A DNA stretch of 64,000 nt, from the NCBI GenBank assembly GCA_964629655.1, contig CAZVQU010000002.1, positions 443 to 64,442 of the forward strand. The letters are read 5' to 3'. Both the position numbers and the translations under genes were made by a program. The notes beneath the pieces are model-generated. The model had not been told where the DNA came from and ran no database searches. It saw only the letters and a program-made list of their open reading frames with translations. This stretch comes from an uncultured Planctomycetia bacterium. Its GTDB lineage: Bacteria; Omnitrophota; Gorgyraeia; Duberdicusellales; 4484-171. Position 1 is the first letter of the stretch, and every line of letters begins with the position of its first letter. Below, piece after piece: positions 9,167-17,439 of this stretch.

Positions 9167-9779
9167 AGAATACCCAAGATTCAATGGCTGGAAATTTATT
9201 CTTTGTTTTGTTTTATTAACTTTTTGTATAACTGCTTGGGCAGTTGAGCCATACTATGGCTTTTTTCCATCTAAACTAGGAAAACAATACAAACAGCTGA
9301 AACATAATATTTTTAATTTTATTATTGATATACCTGTCCACTGGACATTTGGCGTTAGCGGTCAGTCCCCGTTAGCCGTCATCTCCGTATATCCCAACAC
9401 CTTAAATACTTCAAAATTTTCTGATAACTACGAAACTCTAGAAATAAGCATTATGCCAGTAGAGAATATTACACTTCAAGAAGCGTATGAATATGTTATT
9501 CTTGGCATGCGTCAAAGCCATCCAAGCATGAAAATAGTGAAGCAGCCAAAAGAAAAATTGATACAAAATAATAACTCGCTTGAATTTACATTTGAATGGC
9601 AATCGGAAACAGGATTTTTTATTATTGAATGGGTTAGCTTAGTTAAGTATAAAGACCAAATTTATTCAATTTCTTCAAGGTCAGTTAAAGCGATGTTCAC
9701 AAAAAACAAAGATTTATATAATCGAGTCATCAATACGTTTACCCCTATTGAAACTGTACAATTTGACAAACAAAATTGA
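9141..9779 (+). CDS. Hypothetical exported protein, PsbP/Mog1-like fold possible
   Basis: Signal anchor; F.I.IP..W motif and C-terminal YNRVINTF pattern. Confidence 0.55.
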   Translation: MKKKQKTTKEYPRFNGWKFILCFVLLTFCITAWAVEPYYGFFPSKLGKQYKQLKHNIFNFIIDIPVHWTFGVSGQSPLAVISVYPNTLNTSKFSDNYETLEISIMPVENITLQEAYEYVILGMRQSHPSMKIVKQPKEKLIQNNNSLEFTFEWQSETGFFIIEWVSLVKYKDQIYSISSRSVKAMFTKNKDLYNRVINTFTPIETVQFDKQN

Positions 9780-9827
9780 TTTACAACAAGTCAATCCACT
9801 CACTCTAATTTTAAATAGTTAAGTATT

Positions 9828-10688
9828 ATGTCCTTAGGATTTTCAAAAATGTCTATTAGTGAATTCCACGATGAAGTTTTAGAGAATGCGGGTGATTTTT
9901 TATCAAATAATAGAACACCAAGCAATTTAGATAATTTAATCATTTTCGCACTACTTCATTATTTAGTTAAAAGTTACAGATTGTTTAAAGGGATAAATCT
10001 ATTATGCAAAAATAACTTAGAACAAGAAGCAAAAATCCTATTGCGATCTTTATTCGAAGCATATTTACTTGAGGAATATATTGCCGATGAGCCGAATGAT
10101 ATCTCAAGGGCTGAGGATTGTGCAATTCGTGCTCATGTAGCGGATAAAAAACAAATAGAGGAGATGGATTCTTTAGGCATGCATGAGGAATCAGATATTA
10201 TAACAAGAGAAATCAAAGATAAACAAGATAGCGTGATTAAAATCAAAAGTTTGAACTATGAAGAAGCAATAACAAGAGTTAGGAAAAGGCATCCAGGTTG
10301 GAATCGTCTTACCGATAAACAAGTTGCCAATCAAAGTCAGCTTGAGGTTAAAAAATTAGTAGAGATTTTAAATAAAAAATACGAGAATCGGGAAAATGGC
10401 TCAAAAAATTTGATAAAAAGACATTATTCAGCGATAACACGCGATTGTTCGAAATCTACACACTGTAATGATCTTGATTATAATGTCTATAAAAATAGCA
10501 ACGGTGAATGGGAAATTTTTCCGAAATCAAAAGCAACAATGAATGATGCTATACTTTTAGAAAGCTTAAGTATGTTTATAAGCATTATGCAAATTGTAAA
10601 TGAATTATTGAAGTTTGATAAAAACAAATTAATAAAAGAGTTGGATGATAAGTATCAGAGGTACATACAAGCTAAAAAAGACGAATAA
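9828..10688 (+). CDS. DUF5677-like helical protein
   Basis: EAKILLRSLFEA motif and Y...CSKSTH motif. Confidence 0.6.
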   Translation: MSLGFSKMSISEFHDEVLENAGDFLSNNRTPSNLDNLIIFALLHYLVKSYRLFKGINLLCKNNLEQEAKILLRSLFEAYLLEEYIADEPNDISRAEDCAIRAHVADKKQIEEMDSLGMHEESDIITREIKDKQDSVIKIKSLNYEEAITRVRKRHPGWNRLTDKQVANQSQLEVKKLVEILNKKYENRENGSKNLIKRHYSAITRDCSKSTHCNDLDYNVYKNSNGEWEIFPKSKATMNDAILLESLSMFISIMQIVNELLKFDKNKLIKELDDKYQRYIQAKKDE

Positions 10689-10787
10689 AAAGGGGACGGT
10701 TCTATTTTTAAGTAATTAAGCATTATATCTATCGATTTCGAATAAATATAAGGTATATTTACCTAAAATCTACGATAATCATTTTCC

Positions 10788-10816
10788 TTGACAAGGTGTC
10801 GACAAAGTGTTACATT
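10788..10816 (+). promoter_or_regulatory. Sigma70-type promoter convergent on the NYN gene
   Basis: ttgaca (10788-93), 17-bp spacer, extended TG plus tacatt (10811-16). Confidence 0.65.
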
Positions 10817-10820
10817 TTAA

Positions 10821-10885
10821 ATGCGTGGCAGAAATGCCTGCATAAATCCAATGCTTAAGGGCTCAATTTATTGAGTCCTTTTTGC
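10821..10885 (+). ncRNA. Candidate small RNA (GAAA hairpin + terminator) overlapping the NYN gene 3' end in antisense
   Basis: atgcgtggca-gaaa-tgcctgcat hairpin, then aagggctcaa/ttgagtcctt stem and T tract. Confidence 0.5.
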
Positions 10886-11644
10886 TTTTATAGGCAGTTT
10901 ATCCAGTCGAATTTCTTTCTTGTAGCAGATAAAATTCCTTATTTTTTGAAGTTCAAATATAGCCAGGCCATTGTGTTTCAACTCATTTAACTCAGAAGCC
11001 ACTTTGCGGGCAGTGATAAAAAGAAAAACTTTCTTGCCATCTAACAATAATTGCTTAATTGGGTCGGCAAAATCACTATCTCCACTCCACAAAATAAAAT
11101 TATCGACTTTGTTATTGTGATAATCAATAAGCATATCTCTTCCGATCTCAACGTCAAAGTTGCATTTACAGTCTTCTAAATACATTATACCTTGACGGTT
11201 GAGTTCTTTTAGACGGCTGTTTAAAAATTCAATTGTTTCAATATTCAGTTTTTTCAATAAAGGTGGACGAATGAATTGGTCAATTATTTCGGTAGAGTTT
11301 ATCGGAATGCTTGATATATCTATCGACAATTTCATGATTTTTACTGGTTTTGTATTTACAACATACCGTCTATCTTGAGCTTTGTTAATGATGCTTTCCG
11401 AATTTCTGTTCCCTACTAATGTACCGTAGTAAAACTTGACTTTTTGAATCATGCTAAAAGAATCCAAAAATTGTTTTAGACGTTTTAAATCAATATGCCA
11501 GCCCAGTTTATCTTGCCAATGTATTACATTGGCAAAGTCAATATAGACATTTGTTGGCTTATCAAAAATATTTTCGAGCTCTTCAATTAAAGCAGGTACT
11601 TTTTTCGCAAGACTTTGAATAGTATTCGTTTTGGGGTCAAACAT
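10868..11644 (-). CDS. NYN (LabA/DUF88, PIN-like) domain RNase
   Basis: VYIDFAN, KCNFDVEI..D, LWSGDSDF, ASEL motifs. Confidence 0.88.
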   Translation of the reverse strand: MFDPKTNTIQSLAKKVPALIEELENIFDKPTNVYIDFANVIHWQDKLGWHIDLKRLKQFLDSFSMIQKVKFYYGTLVGNRNSESIINKAQDRRYVVNTKPVKIMKLSIDISSIPINSTEIIDQFIRPPLLKKLNIETIEFLNSRLKELNRQGIMYLEDCKCNFDVEIGRDMLIDYHNNKVDNFILWSGDSDFADPIKQLLLDGKKVFLFITARKVASELNELKHNGLAIFELQKIRNFICYKKEIRLDKLPIKAKRTQ

Positions 11645-11858
11645 AATTTACAATAATATTCATTAGCACTTAAGACTTATTACATTATAACAAAAATTCC
11701 GAAAAATAATACTATCATTTTGGATGCGATTTCATCATGGGAAAAGCACACCAAGGGTGCTGTGGAAACCGAGAGGTTGCAAAACAGCCCGACTGTGATT
11801 TTGGGTGGGTGGGGTTTTCAAAAACTACTACACTCGTTACATGCGAAAAAGAACTCAA

Positions 11859-12755
11859 TTAGTCAACTATTTCTAAAATTATACCATTGAGGCTAACTTT
11901 CGCCTTGAAGGTATTTAGGATTTTTGCTCCAAACATATTTTTACCACGGAAAGTTGTTTGTACTGTTATATAATTTTTCATATCCCAGTACTTTGTGCTT
12001 ACGTGTTCATAGCTTGATGGGTCGTGCATATTTTTCTTTAAGGTTTTTGTTAAATTATAATGAGACCCATCCCAGGCACTAAACTGTTTTTCTATCTTAT
12101 CTTTTCGTTGTTTTACTAGTAGCTCTTCTTGACTTTTTTTAATTTCTTGCTCTTTTTGTTTCTTTAAGGCTTTTCTTTGGGGGGAGAGTTCTTTCAATGA
12201 GGCTATAAATTTTTTATTTAAAGTTTCTTGCTTTATATATTCTTTATTTAAATTGCCGTCAAGCAATTGTCGAAATTCTTCGTCACTCATTGAGATCAAG
12301 GTTTTTTCAGCATATTTAATCGATTTGAAACGGGAAATGGTGATTAAAAGAGTGTTGGCGGGATTTTTAAGTCTATTGGAATATTTTGCTCTCGCTTGAT
12401 GGAGAACGCTAGTTGCTTCATCGAGGCTACCTTTGTCTATTAATTCTTCAGCATTTCGTACCATAATGTCAATTTTCTTATCGGCTGTATGTTCTTTCTT
12501 TGTAACGATATCTTCCATGGTGCCCCAAAGCGTATTTGCTGTTGCGAAAAGGATAATAACAATCACCCATTTAATGGCTAAATGAATTTTTCGATTAACT
12601 AGTTTTTCGATTTTTCTTGTGATGTTAGGAATGAGGAAAAGCCCGATCGAAATATAAATAAGACCTGGTAGGAAAAAGTCAGTCATCAATCCAAGCCCAG
12701 CTAGAATAATAATTAGACCGATACCCCAACACAATACTTTATAAGCTAGTTTCAT
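11859..12755 (-). CDS. Hypothetical membrane-anchored protein
   Basis: N-terminal TM helices; C-terminal FSAWDGSH...MHDPSSYEHV...FRGKNMFG domain. Confidence 0.7.
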   Translation of the reverse strand: MKLAYKVLCWGIGLIIILAGLGLMTDFFLPGLIYISIGLFLIPNITRKIEKLVNRKIHLAIKWVIVIILFATANTLWGTMEDIVTKKEHTADKKIDIMVRNAEELIDKGSLDEATSVLHQARAKYSNRLKNPANTLLITISRFKSIKYAEKTLISMSDEEFRQLLDGNLNKEYIKQETLNKKFIASLKELSPQRKALKKQKEQEIKKSQEELLVKQRKDKIEKQFSAWDGSHYNLTKTLKKNMHDPSSYEHVSTKYWDMKNYITVQTTFRGKNMFGAKILNTFKAKVSLNGIILEIVD

Positions 12756-13179
12756 TTTCCAAAAAACTCCTTATTTCTCGGTACATAAATATACAATAAT
12801 GTTATCATAAAATAGAAAAGTTACATAGATTTATATGGAAGAGAAACTATTGGGGGAAAGCGCAGTTCATGCGCTTTTGGGAATATCTTAGAAGGACGGG
12901 ATATTTGGGAATTCCACTCACCAAGCAGGCTTGGCTGCGAAGCTATGGAGCCTCTTCGAAGATGAGGCGGAATCAGAGCAGATAAGACTGCGGATAAGAT
13001 TACCAATCACCTTATGCTGTCACCACGATGAGGCTGAGCCCCTTGCCACTGGCTATCAGAATAAGAAAAACCTATCAAGATGGATATTACTTGCCTTAAT
13101 CAACCTTTCTAGATAAAATAACCTATATTATTGCAAAGGTGGCAAGGGGGCGGACGAATCCCGAGCAAGATACCTTATT

Positions 13180-13357
13180 TACAAAAAAATAAAAAAATTC
13201 GCCGCCGGAAAAAATATATAGTTTTTGCGAGGGTGAGGACGCAGGGATACCTTATCGGCTCACGTGAGCCGATAAGAGAGAGCCTCAGCCGAATACTCTA
13301 TCAGATTACCTCAGGCCTCGGCTGGAAGAATGTTCGGACTTCGTCCACTAACCACCG
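13180..13357 (+). repeat. Right-end arm (attR side); perfect 178-bp inverted repeat of 6788-6965
   Basis: Base-by-base reverse complement from tacaaaaaaat... to ...accaccg. Confidence 0.95.
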
Positions 13358-13530
13358 TTTTTGTTTTTATCCTTTCCAACCTTTTTCTGTCCAACAACCT
13401 ACAACTCACTTTTTAAACCGAGGCTTTTTAGTGTCCATTTTGTGCCTACCGGATCACCATATTAAGTGATATAATATTGTTTAGTGTCGGAAACAATATA
13501 GGAAGGGGGAAGAAGCAATAAGGAGGTTAT

Positions 13531-13713
13531 ATGCTAACACAACTAATGGGGATAGTGATAGGTCTTTACATTATTACCAAGATGCTCTCCGTGTTATGTA
13601 ATAATAACGAACATGCGCTGGTTCACATAGCGGCTGGTGTCGCAGTTAGCGCAGCGGCGTTCGTAACAATTATTCTATGTTTTGGTAGTTCCTTTCTCCA
13701 TTCTTCGGGGTAA
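13531..13713 (+). CDS. Small membrane protein (60 aa)
   Basis: Strong RBS aaggagg; two hydrophobic helices. Confidence 0.7.
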   Translation: MLTQLMGIVIGLYIITKMLSVLCNNNEHALVHIAAGVAVSAAAFVTIILCFGSSFLHSSG

Positions 13714-13792
13714 GCATTTCCCAAGGAAAAGGAGCAGTTTGAATAATGGGTTGGAAACAATATAGGAAGGGAAGAGAAAGTAAGGGGGTATT

Positions 13793-13963
13793 ATGGGTGA
13801 TGGCGTGAAGGCTAATGCAGTTAAAGAATATATGCAGATGATTGGGGGGATATTCGTCGCAGGGGTAGTCTTAACTTTCCTTTTAACTGTTTGGGTTAAG
13901 TTGTATAAGGTATTTTATCAGATAAACTTAATACCGGGGATACAGGTACACGAGAAAAAATAA
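13793..13963 (+). CDS. Small membrane protein (56 aa, absent from the ORF track)
   Basis: RBS aagggggt; MGDGVKANAVKEYMQMIGGIFVAGVVLTFLLTVWVKLYKVFYQINLIPGIQVHEKK*. Confidence 0.6.
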   Translation: MGDGVKANAVKEYMQMIGGIFVAGVVLTFLLTVWVKLYKVFYQINLIPGIQVHEKK

Positions 13964-14077
13964 GTGATAGATAAGGAAGGGTCAAATTTTAGTTAACAAC
14001 GTGCGCGTATATTAAAGAAATGGTTGAGAACAAGGTGCTCTAAATAGAAATTGAGGAGGGACGGCGAGAAGGAAAAA

Positions 14078-14671
14078 ATGAAGTATATAGATATAACTCA
14101 GTCAATTAGTACGGGAATGAAAAAGTATCCTTCTGATCCGGAGGTGAAAGTAAGCACGTTTAAATCTCTTAAAAAAGGTAATTCTTGTAATTTGTCTGAG
14201 TTAGTTTTAGGTAGCCATTCCGGTACGCACATTGACGCACCATACCATATCTTTAATAAAGCAAAGACTATTGATAAGGTTAAGGTCGATAGTTTAATTT
14301 GCAATGTGAGTGTTAGGGACATGATTAGATCTCCGAAAAAAATATTTTTTAATATGATTAAAAGCAAAAAGGTTAAAGGTATTCTTTTTAGAAGTGGTAA
14401 GATTAAGGCTAAATTGACGCTTGAAAAAGCACAAATGTTAGTTAAGCAAAATATAAAACTTGTAGGCACTGACCAGATGAATATAGAAGAGTCAGTTGAT
14501 AAATCCCACCCCGTTCATCGTTTGTTATTAGGTAAGGGTGTTATTATCGTTGAAGGGCTAAATCTAAAAAAGGTAAAATTAGGATACTACCGGTTAATAT
14601 GTCTACCTTTAAAAATAAAAGATGGAGATGGCTCTCCCGCAAGGGCAATATTGGCTGAAGGAGTAGTTTAA
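14078..14671 (+). CDS. Cyclase/kynurenine formamidase family metallohydrolase
   Basis: HSGTHIDAPYH, VGTD, PVHRLLL, GDGSPARA. Confidence 0.9.
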   Translation: MKYIDITQSISTGMKKYPSDPEVKVSTFKSLKKGNSCNLSELVLGSHSGTHIDAPYHIFNKAKTIDKVKVDSLICNVSVRDMIRSPKKIFFNMIKSKKVKGILFRSGKIKAKLTLEKAQMLVKQNIKLVGTDQMNIEESVDKSHPVHRLLLGKGVIIVEGLNLKKVKLGYYRLICLPLKIKDGDGSPARAILAEGVV

Positions 14672-14822
14672 ATAGCCTTGTGCCCAAACTATGCCTACCC
14701 AACTCCAAAACAATAAACACTGGTAAGTAACGGTAAACAACCGGACAGTATAAAAGTTGTATTCATAAAGGATTTATTGTATAATCACTGATAAATATGG
14801 AGGAATTGATTTGTACCCAAAG

Positions 14823-14839
14823 GAATCTTCTCCCCTCCG
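14823..14839 (+). repeat. Degenerate copy of the tRNA-Ser 3' end (putative old attR)
   Basis: gaatcttctcccctccg vs gaatcctctcccctccg at 5166-5182 (16/17). Confidence 0.65.
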
Positions 14840-14935
14840 TTCTAAATTTTCGATAATTTAACAAATTCAATACAAACCCATTTGGTGTTGGGAGTGGTCC
14901 AAGAAGCATAAGAGGAAGAAGTAAGGAGGAAGTGG

Positions 14936-15769
14936 ATGAGTAAGTCCGAGTGTAGCCGTTTATTGAATGCCCAAAGGCTAAAAGGTCAGACCGCACTTGT
15001 AACAGGTGCCAGTTCTGGCATAGGCAAGGCAATTGCCCGGGCATTTGCCGCCGAAGGAGCCAAAGTTCTTGTCAACTACTGCCATACCAAAAAAGGTGCA
15101 GATGAAGTCACAAAACAAATATGTGCTAAAGGAGGCAGCGCTATAGCGGTTAAAGCTGATGTCAGCAAAGAACATGAAGTAAAGGAGATGTTTGATAGGA
15201 TGTGTAAGGAGTTCGGGACCATAGATATCCTCGTAAGTAACTCAGGCTTACAGCAAGATAGTGCCTTTGTTGACATGACCCTCGCTCAGTGGCAAAAGGT
15301 TATAGATGTTAATCTTACAGGTGGGTTTTTATGTGCACGCGAAGCAGTAAAAGAATTCTTGAGAAGGGGTGTTGTGAAGAGACGTTCTTTAAGTGCTGGG
15401 AAGATAATTTTTATAAGCTCAGTTCATGAAGTTATCCCTTGGGCAGGACATTGCAATTATGCTGCCTCGAAAGGCGGCATTATGCTTTTTATGAAAACGA
15501 TAGCGCAGGAACTCGCAGAATATAAGATACGCATAAACAGCATTGCTCCAGGCGCAATCAAAACACGCATTAATAGGTCTGCATGGTCAACCAAAAAAGC
15601 TGCGAAAGAATTGCTCAAGCTTATCCCATACTACAGGATTGGCGAACCAGAAGACATTGCATCCGTTGCTGTTTGGCTTGCCTCAGATGAGTCAGATTAC
15701 GTTAATGGTGCAAGTATCTTTGCAGATGGCGGCATGACCCTTTATCCTGAATTCAGGGAAGGCGGATAA
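14936..15769 (+). CDS. SDR oxidoreductase, glucose 1-dehydrogenase-like
   Basis: TGASSGIG, SSVHEVIPW, YAASKGG, DGGMTLYP. Confidence 0.9.
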   Translation: MSKSECSRLLNAQRLKGQTALVTGASSGIGKAIARAFAAEGAKVLVNYCHTKKGADEVTKQICAKGGSAIAVKADVSKEHEVKEMFDRMCKEFGTIDILVSNSGLQQDSAFVDMTLAQWQKVIDVNLTGGFLCAREAVKEFLRRGVVKRRSLSAGKIIFISSVHEVIPWAGHCNYAASKGGIMLFMKTIAQELAEYKIRINSIAPGAIKTRINRSAWSTKKAAKELLKLIPYYRIGEPEDIASVAVWLASDESDYVNGASIFADGGMTLYPEFREGG

Positions 15770-15940
15770 AATATTATCAGGATTATTGGAAGAAACAGAA
15801 GGATGACATTTTTAAGCAAAAGGCCCCAAAGTTAAAGAGTAGTTTAAATAATCCTGTGTCCAGCACCCATCTAAAGCGAAAACAATTGTGTTTCTTAATT
15901 TAAAAGATATATTTAATTTGTACGGGAGGGGAGTATCGCA

Positions 15941-16306
15941 ATGGCAAAAAAGAGAATACTGGTAGTTGATGATGAGGTAGATATGGTTGACGGGATAAAA
16001 ATAATGCTGGAGGCAGACAGTTACGAGGTTATCACAGCTTTTGATGGCCAGGAAGGGTTACGGAAGGCACAAAAAGAAAGCCCGGATTTAATTCTTTTGG
16101 ATGTTATGATGCCAAAGATGGATGGATTTGAGGTGTTACGCAGATTAAGAGCTGATTCGGAAACTCAAGACATACCAGTAATAATGCTTACGGCAAAAGG
16201 AGATACAGAATCTTTGTTTGAAGCAAGTAGTTTAGGCTCAACCGATTTTTTTATCAAACCATTTGATGCACAAGAACTGTCAAATTTTATTAGAAGATAT
16301 ATTTAA
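15941..16306 (+). CDS. Single-domain response regulator (REC)
   Basis: VVDDE, LLDVMMP, MLTA, KPF. Confidence 0.93.
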   Translation: MAKKRILVVDDEVDMVDGIKIMLEADSYEVITAFDGQEGLRKAQKESPDLILLDVMMPKMDGFEVLRRLRADSETQDIPVIMLTAKGDTESLFEASSLGSTDFFIKPFDAQELSNFIRRYI

Positions 16307-16350
16307 TCAACTAGCGATTTTTAACGGAAGGCAAAATAGCTGCAAGAAAT

Positions 16351-16776
16351 CTAGTCTTGGGAAGTTTTAAGTTTAGACAAAAGGTTATTAACCTTGGTCG
16401 CTAAGCCCTGCAGTTGATCTTTTTGGCGTATTTTAATCTGACGAGAGAAATCTCCGGTTTTAGCCATCTGATTTAAGTCTTGTTCAATTCGGTATAATGG
16501 CCCGGCCACCTTGTGAGAAGTAATAAGTGCACGGTAGGTCACGATCGCTACAACAATTGGTAAAACAATAACTAAAAGGATGTTAACCGTTGAAAAGGGC
16601 TCTAGGATATTGTTAATTATTATCTCAGGAATTGCGATATGATGTATTATCGTAATATAGATCAGATAGTAGATTGTACCGGAAAGCAGCAGCATCGGAA
16701 TTAAGCTTAAACCTAAATAAACAAATTGTATTTTTCGGTTGATTAAAATTCTTCTTCGTTTATACATTGAAACCAC
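16351..16776 (-). CDS. Membrane protein with HAMP-like domain
   Basis: Two TM helices, SHKVAGPLYRI...GDFS...IRQKD. Confidence 0.75.
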   Translation of the reverse strand: MVSMYKRRRILINRKIQFVYLGLSLIPMLLLSGTIYYLIYITIIHHIAIPEIIINNILEPFSTVNILLVIVLPIVVAIVTYRALITSHKVAGPLYRIEQDLNQMAKTGDFSRQIKIRQKDQLQGLATKVNNLLSKLKTSQD

Positions 16777-16779
16777 CCC

Positions 16780-17439
16780 TCAATTTTTGCTTCCAATACT
16801 GATTTCGGAAAATAGTAGTTCGGAAGTAGATTGTGTTTCATCCGAATCACTCATCAAAGCAATGATTTTTATGCTCCGACTGGGAAACTTACCAAAAGCG
16901 TTTTTATAGTCCTGGTAAATATTTCTCTCCTCTCGAACCCATTTTCCATCAAATTCCGTACCGCTTCTTATCACAATTTGCTTTATATTTTTAGCAAGTG
17001 GGCTAGTCATGATTGTACCTTCCGGCAAATCTTCATCCCAGACATACTCAATAAACCGGGAGGCAGAAAAAGACCAGCCTAAAAATATCACATAAAATCT
17101 AGCGGCATAGTCATCAATCCGAGCTGTTTTTGACGATTTATTTTTTTCGGGGAATCGGAGAACTTTCCATTTCCAGCAAATGTAGGGGTGATCTTTAGCC
17201 TTAAAGGGATAGCTTTTATAAAGCGCCGAACAGCTGGACTTACTTCTTCCGTGCAAAAAAGATTCCCCATCTTCCTCATCTATCCAGTATTCAACCCGGC
17301 CGGCAAAGATTCTTTCCCTCCAGCCCTTAAGTGTCTGTTTATCAAAACGGAAAGTTTTTAGCGTGCCTTCATCAGCAGAACCATTGGCTAACTGGCAGGC
17401 AAAAAATACAACAAACAAAATTAGCAGTAATTTCTTCAT
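16780..17439 (-). CDS. DUF3047-family exported protein
   Basis: WKWKV, DDYAARFYV, YVWD, ERNIYQDY, MSDSD. Confidence 0.8.
   Translation of the reverse strand: MKKLLLILFVVFFACQLANGSADEGTLKTFRFDKQTLKGWRERIFAGRVEYWIDEEDGESFLHGRSKSSCSALYKSYPFKAKDHPYICWKWKVLRFPEKNKSSKTARIDDYAARFYVIFLGWSFSASRFIEYVWDEDLPEGTIMTSPLAKNIKQIVIRSGTEFDGKWVREERNIYQDYKNAFGKFPSRSIKIIALMSDSDETQSTSELLFSEISIGSKN

Larger units (their letters stand above)
5180..13357. mobile_element. Serine-integrase integrative element in tRNA-Ser(TGA); attL ~5180, attR ~13357, shared core ccg
   Basis: Integrase at left end; left junction cctccg|ccatttc, right junction ccaccg|ttttt, internal joined junction ccaccg|ccatttc on the minus strand. 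Confidence 0.85.

Noticed and set aside
7287-10688. Integron-like cassette array in the cargo
   Set aside because: No attC-like repeats between the ORFs and no IntI gene.
10687-10709. aaaaggggacggttctattttt, reminiscent of REP-like motifs near RAYT transposases
   Set aside because: Single copy in the window, no RAYT gene, and the resemblance is from memory only.
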